A stretch of DNA of 40,989 nucleotides from Kofleriaceae bacterium (GTDB lineage Bacteria > Myxococcota_A > Polyangia > Haliangiales > Haliangiaceae): the NCBI GenBank assembly GCA_036490255.1, contig DASXEF010000652.1:1-40989 (forward strand). The letters run 5' to 3'. The position numbers were made by a program, and so were the translations under genes. The notes under the pieces were generated by a model. The model had not been told where the DNA came from. It made no database searches and saw only the letters and a program-made list of their open reading frames with translations. This document shows positions 9,084 to 16,920 of this stretch, in pieces. Position 1 is the first letter of the stretch; every line of letters begins with the position of its first letter.

Positions 9084-9905
9084 TCACGCCCAATACGCGG
9101 CGAGCTCGTGCGCGGCCGCACGACCTTGGCGGCGACCTTCGTCGAGTGCCGGCTTGCGTCGCGACGGATCGAGCGGGTTCGGGCCGATCACGGCCGCCGT
9201 CGCGGCATCGACGGCGAGCACGAACGAGCTCGCGAGCTGCGCGCGCTCGGCCGCGAGACGCGTTTCGATCATCTCGCTGGTCGCGACCGGCACCAAGATC
9301 GCGACGCGGTCCTGACCGCGCGCGAGATCGGCGTTGCTGAACGAGCGCATGCCGCCATCGCAATAGCGCCGGCCGTTGATGGTCGCCGGCGGCCACACGC
9401 CCGGCACCGCGCTGCTTGCGGTCACCGCGTCGAGCAGCGAGACGCCGGAATCGCGATCGAATGCGACGAGCTCGCCGCTCTGCGCGTCGACCGCGGTGAT
9501 CTTCAACGCGCGCTCCGGCCAGGTTTTGACCGGCAGGCGTGCGGCGACCGCGACCTTGCGCTCGGCTTCGCCGACGGTACTGGCCGACAGCGCGTACGCC
9601 GCGTAGCGCTGCATGACTTCGCGCTCGCTCGTCGCGCCTTGCGCGAGCTCGGCAAACTTCGCCCACAGCGCCGCGAGATCGACCTGCACGGCGATCTCCG
9701 ACGAGGTCGCCTGCTCTTGCATCGCGATCGCAGCCGCGAGCTGGCCGGTCCCGATCTGCGCCGCGCAGTTGGCCCCCGCCGAGGTCCCGATGATCACGTC
9801 GGCATCGGCGAGGTTCACGCCGGCTTCGCCGAGCGATTCGATCGCGCCGAGCAGCCACGCGATGCCGGCGACGCCGCCGCCTGCGAGCACGAGCGCTTTG
9901 GACAT
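9084..9905 (-). CDS. Patatin-like phospholipase
   Basis: 273 aa with oxyanion motif GGGVAG, nucleophile elbow GTSAG (GxSxG) and catalytic Asp in CDGGM (DGG). Confidence 0.85.
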   Translation of the reverse strand: MSKALVLAGGGVAGIAWLLGAIESLGEAGVNLADADVIIGTSAGANCAAQIGTGQLAAAIAMQEQATSSEIAVQVDLAALWAKFAELAQGATSEREVMQRYAAYALSASTVGEAERKVAVAARLPVKTWPERALKITAVDAQSGELVAFDRDSGVSLLDAVTASSAVPGVWPPATINGRRYCDGGMRSFSNADLARGQDRVAILVPVATSEMIETRLAAERAQLASSFVLAVDAATAAVIGPNPLDPSRRKPALDEGRRQGRAAAHELAAYWA

Positions 9906-9914
9906 GCCGCGAGC

Positions 9915-10697
9915 CTACCAGTGCGCGTGACGAACTTCGCGCAGCCACGCATCGGCGGCGGCGAGCGCTCCGCTCGGCGGCTCCTCGGGCAACACCGAGC
10001 TCGCATAGCCGACATCGATCGCTTCGATCGCGTCGGCGAGCGTATCGCGCCAGCTCTTCGCGAGCTCGGCCGGCAGCGGGCTGGTCTCGCCGGTGCGTTT
10101 GATCGCGAGCAAGTCTGAAATCTCGGGCACGAAGTCCGCGAGCCGCGCGACGTCGGTGATCAGCTCGCCGCGCGCGAGCAAGCAGCGACCGGTTGCAGCC
10201 GTGCGAATCACGTAGAGCGCGCGCTTCGCGGTCGGCGCGCTATCGAACGCGCGCAGCTGGCTCTTCGCGAAGCCGCGGTAGTGATGCGCGACGCGGCGCG
10301 ACAACAGCTGCTGCGCGATCTCGCGTGCACGTGCGTGCATCGCAGCGTCGCCGCCCAGCACGAGCTCGCCGAGGAAGCGCTCGAGGAAGTTGCCGTTGCC
10401 GCGAATCGCGCCGCGCAGCGCGAGCCCGAGCTCGTTGCTCGAGTAGTCGAGCTCGACACCGTCGATGACTTCGGTGCGCTCGCTGCCGCCTTCGCTCGGC
10501 TCGAGCCCGACGAGATCGCGCGTCGGCGCGACGTGCACGCACTTGAGATCGAGATCGCTGTCGGGCGACGGAAAACCGTACGCGTGCGCGCCCGACAGAT
10601 AGATCACGACGTGCACGCGCTCGGCGTCGCGCGCGGCGAGCCACGGCCGCGCGACCGCCTGTTGATGCGGCGACAAGACGTTCCATGGATCAGTCAT
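9915..10697 (-). CDS. Pol-beta-superfamily nucleotidyltransferase (PF10127/RlaP-like pattern)
   Basis: 260 aa. YLSGAHAYGFPSPDSDLDLKCVHV matches hG[GS]x9-13DhDh, followed by DYSSNELGLALRGAIRGNGNFLERFL. A GGAGG Shine-Dalgarno (10711-10707) lies 9 nt before the ATG. The stop is 9 nt before the patatin ATG. Confidence 0.7.
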   Translation of the reverse strand: MTDPWNVLSPHQQAVARPWLAARDAERVHVVIYLSGAHAYGFPSPDSDLDLKCVHVAPTRDLVGLEPSEGGSERTEVIDGVELDYSSNELGLALRGAIRGNGNFLERFLGELVLGGDAAMHARAREIAQQLLSRRVAHHYRGFAKSQLRAFDSAPTAKRALYVIRTAATGRCLLARGELITDVARLADFVPEISDLLAIKRTGETSPLPAELAKSWRDTLADAIEAIDVGYASSVLPEEPPSGALAAADAWLREVRHAHW

Positions 10698-10742
10698 CGA
10701 ACTTCGCCTCCGGCGGCAGTGCCGCGCTCGTCCCGATCTCTG

Positions 10743-11738
10743 TCACGCGTTCTTCGCCGGTGCACTCCAGCCACATTTGGCGCAGAGCGAAACGTATGGT
10801 CGATCGCTCGACAGGTCAGGCCGGAAATCGAGACCGACTTGGTACGACGAGCACCCTGGACAGCGATCTGGAACGCCTTGCTCATGGCGCAACACTGCGG
10901 TGCCGAACACCACAAGTGTGTGCGATGTCGCGTCTAACGCGAAGTGAGCGTCGGCTCGAACTGCGTTCTTGGCGTGCGTAAGCCAGTTGACGAGTTGCCA
11001 ACACGTTTTCGCGGTCGTCCGCAGGTAACCGCGAACCTCTTCCGCGCTAGATCCACTTGCGATCGCTCGAGCAATAATCTCGCTCCAGTGAATGAAGTCC
11101 GAGCGCTTTGGCACTTCCTCATCGCGCGCAACCATGCTGGCGTCGGCGGCGGCTTGCGTGAGCTCGATTAGACACTCGCGACATCGCATTCCGATTGCCT
11201 GAAAATCTTCCGCCTCCTCGGCGACGTCGAGAGCCTCGAACGCCTGTTCCCACCGTCGCCATGGACTCAAAATACGTTCTCGCTCAGCATCGCTGGCACT
11301 CGCATCTTTCTGCGCACGCGCGGCGATCCGTGCCCCAAGACCAATGTGGAACGACAGAACGTAGTCAAGGCTCGGGAAGTGCTCCTGCGAGTAGAGATTG
11401 GTCGGGTTGGTGATCACCCACCATCGGCCTTTCTTGGTGTGCACATCCCAAACGTCATGTTTCCGATCGAACACTCGTTCGCTCGCTACCTTTTCGAGAT
11501 GCACGACGGTTTCGCGTGGCGCCTGCGACCCGATGTACTCGCGAACGTGGCGCTGCTCCGGTTCCGGATCGAGCCGAACCTTTACCCTCCCCAACGCCGA
11601 TGACGGCACGGGGCTTGGAATGACACAGCCGCTCTCGTGCAAACGCTTCCGCTCCTTCGTCTGCTTCGCGGGTCGCACTTGGCGGGCGACGCGAGTCTTC
11701 GACGCCCGCTTTTTGCCCACTGCTTTTCCGGTCGCCAT
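10743..11738 (-). CDS. Orphan 331-aa protein with a basic N-terminus and a C-terminal CxxC...CxxC zinc ribbon; may be an independent CDS nested in the run-on ORF
   Basis: ATG 11738 is preceded by GGGGG 8 nt upstream. The sequence includes MATGKAVGKKRASKTRVARQ..., WWVITNPTNLYSQEHFPSLDYVLSFHIG and DRCPGCSS...SLCAKCGW. My hand counts give about 52-68% GC per 60-nt line (near 60% on average), versus 65% (11761-11820) rising to 72% (11821-11880) in the two right-hand flank lines I counted. Confidence 0.5.
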   Translation of the reverse strand: MATGKAVGKKRASKTRVARQVRPAKQTKERKRLHESGCVIPSPVPSSALGRVKVRLDPEPEQRHVREYIGSQAPRETVVHLEKVASERVFDRKHDVWDVHTKKGRWWVITNPTNLYSQEHFPSLDYVLSFHIGLGARIAARAQKDASASDAERERILSPWRRWEQAFEALDVAEEAEDFQAIGMRCRECLIELTQAAADASMVARDEEVPKRSDFIHWSEIIARAIASGSSAEEVRGYLRTTAKTCWQLVNWLTHAKNAVRADAHFALDATSHTLVVFGTAVLRHEQGVPDRCPGCSSYQVGLDFRPDLSSDRPYVSLCAKCGWSAPAKNA

Positions 11739-12560
11739 CTCAGATGCCCCCGCCGAGCCGCAACGCCATTGCCGGAGCATAGCCGACAGGTACGCGTCGA
11801 GCCGGCGCGTGCCGATCGGTTCGGCGACCACGTCGTGGCGCGCGAGGCCGCATGCGAACCGGCCGAACTGCGAGATGCGCGGGTGCAGCGGCGCCAGCAA
11901 CGTCGTGCCGATGCGCGCGAGCCAGACCGGGACGTCGAACATGCGAACCCGCCGCTTCGCGAGCGCCGCGACGTGCTCGTAGATCTCGCGGCGCGACATG
12001 ATCTCGGGGCCGACCGCGAGCTCGGTGTCGCCGCCGCCGACGTGCGCCGCGACGATCTCGGCGAGGTCGCGCTCGTCGATCAGGTTCGTGCGTGCGCGGC
12101 CATCGCCGATGTCGACGAGCAACCCGCGCCGCGCCATCGGAATCAGCGCCGCGTAGGCCGAGAAGAACCCGGTCGATCGCACGACGACGCCGCGATCGCG
12201 CAGCCGGCCGTGCATCGCGGCGATCACGCGCACGTGCGCGTCGACGTACGGCGTGCGTCGTTGTGCCGGCGCGAAGCAGGTCGCGACGTAGATCATCCGC
12301 GCGCCGGTTTGCTCGGCGGCTTCGACGGCGGCGAGCCCGATCGGCGTGTCGACGGCGGCGAACCCGCGCCAGCCGCGGCCGAGCGCCATCGCCGTGCTCG
12401 CGCCGGCGCAATCGATAATCACGTCGGCGCCGATTCGACGGATCGCACTTGATTTTCGCGCGTCAAGCCGAGTAATCGCGACCACGCGCTCGCCGCGCGT
12501 TTCGAGGGACGCCCGCACGAGGCGGCCGAGCGTCCCACTTGCACCGACGAGCGCGATCAC
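10743..12560 (-). CDS. Continuous 605-codon ORF: N-terminal NAD(P)-binding Rossmann (NmrA/atypical SDR-like) domain read in frame into a low-GC C-terminal module
   Basis: This is part of track ORF 10743..12980. GTG 12560 gives MIALVGASGTLGRLV (GxxGxxG). No stop occurs between this domain (~274 aa, ending ...DAYLSAMLRQW) and MATGK at 11738. Confidence 0.5.
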   Translation of the reverse strand: MIALVGASGTLGRLVRASLETRGERVVAITRLDARKSSAIRRIGADVIIDCAGASTAMALGRGWRGFAAVDTPIGLAAVEAAEQTGARMIYVATCFAPAQRRTPYVDAHVRVIAAMHGRLRDRGVVVRSTGFFSAYAALIPMARRGLLVDIGDGRARTNLIDERDLAEIVAAHVGGGDTELAVGPEIMSRREIYEHVAALAKRRVRMFDVPVWLARIGTTLLAPLHPRISQFGRFACGLARHDVVAEPIGTRRLDAYLSAMLRQWRCGSAGASEMATGKAVGKKRASKTRVARQVRPAKQTKERKRLHESGCVIPSPVPSSALGRVKVRLDPEPEQRHVREYIGSQAPRETVVHLEKVASERVFDRKHDVWDVHTKKGRWWVITNPTNLYSQEHFPSLDYVLSFHIGLGARIAARAQKDASASDAERERILSPWRRWEQAFEALDVAEEAEDFQAIGMRCRECLIELTQAAADASMVARDEEVPKRSDFIHWSEIIARAIASGSSAEEVRGYLRTTAKTCWQLVNWLTHAKNAVRADAHFALDATSHTLVVFGTAVLRHEQGVPDRCPGCSSYQVGLDFRPDLSSDRPYVSLCAKCGWSAPAKNA

Positions 12561-12665
12561 CAGCGTGAGATGCGCGGCGCAGCTGAACTGGCTGTGGCGG
12601 GTCGTCGCAGCATGAAGACTTCGTGGCGGCCGCCTCGAACGCGTGGCTCGCGCGTCGGATCGATC

Positions 12666-12911
12666 ATGCGAAGAGCAGCGCTCGCATTCGTCGCGTTGGC
12701 CGCGTGCATGCCGTCGGGCATCGCGAGAATGGCCGGCGATCGCCTCGGTGCGCACGGCAAGCATCTGCTGTTCGAGGGCGTCACGCGCATCGATGACCGC
12801 GACGTCTACACGTTCTGTCGCGCCGACACCGGCTGGCTCTCGCCGCACGGCGATGGCGCTTGTGTTTCGCTGGTTTGCCTGATCGACGACGATGCCAGCG
12901 GCTGTCGCTAA
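12666..12911 (+). CDS. Small (81 aa) Cys-containing lipoprotein, hypothetical
   Basis: An internal ATG of track ORF 12570..12911 gives MRRAALAFVALAAC (lipobox L-A-A-C). Third-position GC is high throughout. Confidence 0.5.
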   Translation: MRRAALAFVALAACMPSGIARMAGDRLGAHGKHLLFEGVTRIDDRDVYTFCRADTGWLSPHGDGACVSLVCLIDDDASGCR

Positions 12912-12937
12912 TTTCTCGTGCGACAGTCGAGCACGCC

Positions 12938-13831
12938 GTGGCTCCTCCCGAGGTGAACGATCAAGACCTCGAGCGAGCACTGCGGCGCGGCCACAAGACG
13001 AAGCTGATCATCTTGGCGGCGGTGATCGCCGGCATCGCGGCCTATCCGTTCGTCCGGATCTTGTCGCGCTGGCACACGATCAACAAGCACAACGACGAAG
13101 CGCGTGAAGCCGACGAACGCGAAGCGGCCGCGCGCGAGGCATTCGCGAATCGCCCGCTGACCGCCGACGAGCACGCGCGGCTCGCGAACATCGCGCCGAA
13201 GCTGCACGACACCGTCGCGTCGTTCCAGACCGAGTGGCAGACGGCGACCTCGCCCGATGCGCTGGCCGACGTCGGCACGCTGTTGCGCGCATGCCCGATC
13301 GCCGTGAAGTCGCCATCGTTCGAGGTCGGCGATCGCTACGTCAAGAACATCCACGGCACGTTCGATGGCTCGATCCTCGAGTTCATGCGCGTGCAGCGCG
13401 GCGAGCCAATTCCCGCGCCCGACTTCGCGAAGATGCTCGGCGAGGCCGATGCGGTCGCGAAGCGCATCGCGGCCGGCTCGGCGACGCGCAAGGACTTCGA
13501 GCAGGCGAACGCGCTGTACGCGCCCGAGCAGCCGATCGAATTCTTGGTGACGCTCGAAGACATGAAAGCCGTCCCCGGCGGCGACACGTATACGCCCGGC
13601 CACGTGATGGGCACGGCGTACGTCTACGACCTCGCGCTCGGCGCGGTCGTGTGCGCGGGCAAGATCGAGGTCGACAGCAGCCCCGGCATCAACTTCGAGT
13701 TCCTCACGCGCGGCGACATGCCGGAGGTCGACGCGGCGCTCGCCGAAGGCAAAGCGCTCGAGCGCGATCTCGAGGTCCGCACGCAACGCGCGATCGCGAA
13801 GGCGTTGCACGCGACGACCGACGCGCGTTAG
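12938..13831 (+). CDS. Hypothetical membrane-anchored protein (single N-terminal TM)
   Basis: This is track ORF 12860..13831. In-frame GTG 12938 avoids overlap with the preceding small gene. The TM segment is KLIILAAVIAGIAAYPFV, followed by a charged helix and a globular domain. The start is uncertain (12860 or 12938). Confidence 0.55.
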   Translation: MAPPEVNDQDLERALRRGHKTKLIILAAVIAGIAAYPFVRILSRWHTINKHNDEAREADEREAAAREAFANRPLTADEHARLANIAPKLHDTVASFQTEWQTATSPDALADVGTLLRACPIAVKSPSFEVGDRYVKNIHGTFDGSILEFMRVQRGEPIPAPDFAKMLGEADAVAKRIAAGSATRKDFEQANALYAPEQPIEFLVTLEDMKAVPGGDTYTPGHVMGTAYVYDLALGAVVCAGKIEVDSSPGINFEFLTRGDMPEVDAALAEGKALERDLEVRTQRAIAKALHATTDAR

Positions 13832-13845
13832 TAGCGGGCGCGCGC

Positions 13846-15276
13846 TTACGGCGTGAACGGCGGCGTCACCGAGATCGCTTGATAGACCGGCAAGCCGTCG
13901 CCGAACAACGACGTCGTCCGATCGACGTCGCCGAAGTTCGTCGCGGTGATCACGAGGATGTACGTGCTGCCGCTCGCGATGAAGTCGCTCGGAATGTCGA
14001 GCGAGCGCGCGGTCGTGAGAAAGCTCGCGACGAGGTTCGCCGAGGTCTGACCGTCGGTCGCCGTCAGCTGCTCGAGCTGGATGAAGTATTCGGTCGCGTG
14101 ACCGAGCGACGGTGCTTGCCACGTCGCGTGCGAGCCGCTGATCGCGACGTCGCGCACGGGCGACAGCTCCGGCGCGATCGTGTCGGTCACGCATTGGTTC
14201 GCGAGATACCCGACCGCGATCGTCGTCGGTGCGGCATCGCCGAGCGCGACCGGCGCGCCGAACAAGTAGTTCATGGTGATGAACTCGTCCCAGTGATACG
14301 GATTGCCGTAGTCGAGCGTCAGCGCGAGGTTGCTCGCGGCCGCGGACGGTGTGTAGATCGCGAGATCGGGCGCGTTCGTGTAGAAGCCGAACTGCGCGGC
14401 GCCCGGCAACGCGTCGATGAACACGGCCTGGCCGCCCGGCAGATCGGTCGCGCCCGCGCCGACCTCGCTCGCCATCGCTTCGAACGCAGCGCCGCGCCAA
14501 CGCGTCGGGTGCGACTCTTGATGTACGGATGCCAGTGAAAACGCCACGGTCTTTGCCACACCGTCGGTCTGCGTGAACGGCGCCGCGGTCGCGTAGCGGT
14601 CGAGCGCTTGATAGCTCTCGCCGCCGGAGCTGCGCACGACGAGCTGCTCGAGGCTCGCGATGTCGCCGGCGTGCGCGTTGACGAGCACGTCCGGCGGGAA
14701 CTGTTGCGACCAATCGATCGTGCCGGTCGCGGTTGTATCGCCGTCGGCCGGCGGTGCCGCAAACTCGGTCTCGGGCGCGTACACGATGTCGCCGTTGTTC
14801 GCGACCATCAGCTCGGTCTCGTCGCCGTCGGTCCACGTGTCGAGCCCGCCGACGTTCAACGTCACGTCGGTCTCGGTCGTCGGCGCGACGCCGTCGAGCC
14901 GGCCGAGCACGTGCTGATCGACGTTCGGATGACGCGCATCGCCGACGATGAGATACGGCGAGCCGAACACGACGTCGGTCTCGAGATCCCAGCTCGTCGC
15001 GCCCGCGTGCACGGGCACTTCGAACGTGCCGTTCGCGGTGCCGGCGCCGAGGTCCTGCGCGAGCGGCGTGCCGGAATAGCTCGCGAACAAATTGCCCGAC
15101 AGATCGATCGGCTTTTGCCGGATCCCTGTCGCGGTATGTCCGTACAAGGTCCCGGTGCCGTGGATCGTCATCGTCGCCGCTTTGTCGTCGGCAACGAGCT
15201 CGTCACTCGCCACGTTCTCGACCGCGCAGCCGAGCAGCAGCGCGGTCCCCGCACACAACAATTTGATCGTCATCAT
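13846..15276 (-). CDS. Hypothetical secreted lipoprotein (476 aa)
   Basis: It starts MMTIKLLCAGTALLLGC (lipobox L-L-G-C) and is a long beta-rich Thr/Asp/Gly-rich protein. I recognise no family. Confidence 0.7.
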   Translation of the reverse strand: MMTIKLLCAGTALLLGCAVENVASDELVADDKAATMTIHGTGTLYGHTATGIRQKPIDLSGNLFASYSGTPLAQDLGAGTANGTFEVPVHAGATSWDLETDVVFGSPYLIVGDARHPNVDQHVLGRLDGVAPTTETDVTLNVGGLDTWTDGDETELMVANNGDIVYAPETEFAAPPADGDTTATGTIDWSQQFPPDVLVNAHAGDIASLEQLVVRSSGGESYQALDRYATAAPFTQTDGVAKTVAFSLASVHQESHPTRWRGAAFEAMASEVGAGATDLPGGQAVFIDALPGAAQFGFYTNAPDLAIYTPSAAASNLALTLDYGNPYHWDEFITMNYLFGAPVALGDAAPTTIAVGYLANQCVTDTIAPELSPVRDVAISGSHATWQAPSLGHATEYFIQLEQLTATDGQTSANLVASFLTTARSLDIPSDFIASGSTYILVITATNFGDVDRTTSLFGDGLPVYQAISVTPPFTP

Positions 15277-15296
15277 TCACCGATAGACGCGATCAC

Positions 15297-15314
15297 GCGA
15301 TCGCATGCGATCGC
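15297..15314. promoter_or_regulatory. Perfect 18-bp palindrome GCGATCGCATGCGATCGC in a 62-nt intergenic gap
   Basis: I checked that the sequence is self-complementary. It lies 21 nt upstream of lipoprotein ATG 15276 and 25 nt downstream of the ABC operon stop at 15339. It could be an operator or a 7-bp-stem/4-nt-loop hairpin, and no T-tract follows it. Confidence 0.4.
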
Positions 15315-15338
15315 CGCCATCACTTCACGTGGCTGACA

Positions 15339-16124
15339 TCAGCTTCCGGTCGACGCATGGTGTCGCACCCCGATACGCCACACGCCGAGCGAAATGATCA
15401 AGAACAGCGGTCCCGCGAGTGGCGCGATCACGTGCCACGCATCGAGCGGATCGCGGCCGAGGATCGCGCGCGCGGGCAAATAGCCGGTGAGCGCGAGCGG
15501 CAAGATCGCGGTGAAGAACGCGCGCAGCCAGCGCGTGTAGATGTCGAACGGATACTGGCTGGCGTAGTTGCCGCCGTAGGTGAACGCATTCCAGACCTCG
15601 AGGCTCTCGATCGTCCAGAACGCGGTCGTCGCCTGCAGCACGGCGAGCCCGATGAACAAGCACGTCGTGCACGCGAACGACAGCGCGAGCAACCCGACGC
15701 GCGATGGCGACCACGCGACGAACTGGGCCGCCCACGCGAGCACGGCGATGCCCTGCGCCATGCGGCCGAACGTCAGCATTCGAAAGTCGAAGCCGAGCAG
15801 CTGCAAGATCGTCGAGCGCGGTCGCACGAGCATGCGATCGAACTCGCCGGCTTTGAGCAGGTCGCCGAAGCGATCGAGGCCACGGCCGAGGCCGTCCGCA
15901 AGCGCGAAGCCGACATCGGCGACGCCGTAGATCAGCGCGACCTCGCGCAGCGTCCAGCCACCGAGCGTGCCGAAGCGCGCGAACAGCGCCCACAAGCCGA
16001 GGAACTCGACGCCGGTCGCGATCGAGTAGCCGATGAGCTTGAGCACGAACGCGGCGCGATACTGCAACTGCGCGCGAATCGCGACGTCGACGTAGCGAAA
16101 ATACAGTGCGAGCGCGTTAACCAC
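15339..16124 (-). CDS. ABC-2 family transporter permease (PF06182/DUF990-like)
   Basis: 261 aa and polytopic. The N-terminus YFRYVDVAIRAQLQYRAAFVLKLIG parallels the adjacent paralogue. It overlaps the upstream permease by 8 nt. Confidence 0.75.
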   Translation of the reverse strand: MVNALALYFRYVDVAIRAQLQYRAAFVLKLIGYSIATGVEFLGLWALFARFGTLGGWTLREVALIYGVADVGFALADGLGRGLDRFGDLLKAGEFDRMLVRPRSTILQLLGFDFRMLTFGRMAQGIAVLAWAAQFVAWSPSRVGLLALSFACTTCLFIGLAVLQATTAFWTIESLEVWNAFTYGGNYASQYPFDIYTRWLRAFFTAILPLALTGYLPARAILGRDPLDAWHVIAPLAGPLFLIISLGVWRIGVRHHASTGS

Positions 16125-16920
16125 CTTGCACCACCAACTTGCGCACGCCGCGCGCGAGCAACCAGCGACCGAACGCGATCAGCACGAGCGACCACGCGAG
16201 CTGATCGGCGAGCACGTAGATCACGTCGTGCGGCGGCAAGTTGCCGGTGAAGATCCGCGACGGCAGATCCAACAAGCCGGCGAACGGCAGCGCGTAGATG
16301 ATCGGCTGGCTCCACTCGGGAAACAGCACGAGCGGGATCGTGAGCCCGCCGAACATCGTCGCGAGCGCGCCGACGATCATCGGAATGCCGGATCCGGCGA
16401 GCGACCACAACAGCGTGACGTTCATCAGCGCGCTGATCGCCGCGCTGAGCACGATCGCGCCGGCAAAGCACGCGAGCCACGCGACGAACGCCGTCACGCT
16501 CGGCACGTCGAGTGCCCACGCCGGCGCGACGAACGGCAGCACGACCATCGCGATCACGAGCATCGGCACGAGCCGCAGCAATACCGGCGCGGTTCGCCAT
16601 GCGAGGCCACGCGCGAGCCACACGGTTTGCAGATCGAGCGGGCGCGCGAGCTCGTAGACGATCGAGCCGTCGTTGACCTGGCGGAGCACGTCTTCGTCGA
16701 CGCGCCACGGCATGACGAGCAGCATCGCCTGGCCGAGCCAGACGTAGCCGATCATCTGGCGCATCGACATCGGCGCCGACGTGCTCGCGGCGTAGAACGC
16801 CGACAAGATCATGATGCGCACGACGCCGAAGAAGATCTGCGTGAACAGCCCCGCGAGCGCGGCCGCGCGATATTGCAGCAGCGTGCGAAACCGCGCCGCG
16901 ATGATCGCGAGATAGCCCAT
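16117..16920 (-). CDS. ABC-2 family transporter permease (paralogue of the previous gene)
   Basis: This is the real part of track ORF 16117..17628. ATG 16920 (MGYLAIIAARFRTLLQYRAAALAGLF...) shares 1 nt with the ATPase TGA (TGATG). It has multiple TM segments. Confidence 0.75.
   Translation of the reverse strand: MGYLAIIAARFRTLLQYRAAALAGLFTQIFFGVVRIMILSAFYAASTSAPMSMRQMIGYVWLGQAMLLVMPWRVDEDVLRQVNDGSIVYELARPLDLQTVWLARGLAWRTAPVLLRLVPMLVIAMVVLPFVAPAWALDVPSVTAFVAWLACFAGAIVLSAAISALMNVTLLWSLAGSGIPMIVGALATMFGGLTIPLVLFPEWSQPIIYALPFAGLLDLPSRIFTGNLPPHDVIYVLADQLAWSLVLIAFGRWLLARGVRKLVVQGG

Noticed and set aside
9915-10697. Calling the nucleotidyltransferase a canonical CD-NTase and the locus a CBASS system
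   Set aside because: The motif layout (GAHAYGFPSPDSDLDLKCVHV followed by NGNFLERFL) fits RlaP/PF10127-type NTases, not cGAS/DncV-like enzymes. The size (260 aa) is small, and no Cap2/Cap3/SAVED/TM effector accessories are present. It is kept only as an analogy in the findings.
10713-10725. Hairpin GCGGC-AGT-GCCGC between the low-GC gene and the NTase gene, as a terminator
   Set aside because: It has only a 5-bp stem with a 3-nt loop and no T-tract, and it lies immediately upstream of the NTase Shine-Dalgarno. That is too weak to call.
10698-11790. Mobile-element boundaries (direct or inverted repeats, integrase, transposase, tRNA target) around the low-GC island
   Set aside because: By eye I found no flanking repeats, no recombinase gene and no tRNA. 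The island is therefore not called a mobile element, only a compositional anomaly.
15297-15314. Treating the GCGATCGC octamers as a HIP1-like genome-wide iterated palindrome
   Set aside because: GCGATCGC and gatcgc strings recur throughout the coding sequence here simply because Ala-Ile-Ala and Asp-Arg codons are favoured in this GC-rich genome. Only the perfect 18-bp intergenic palindrome is reported.
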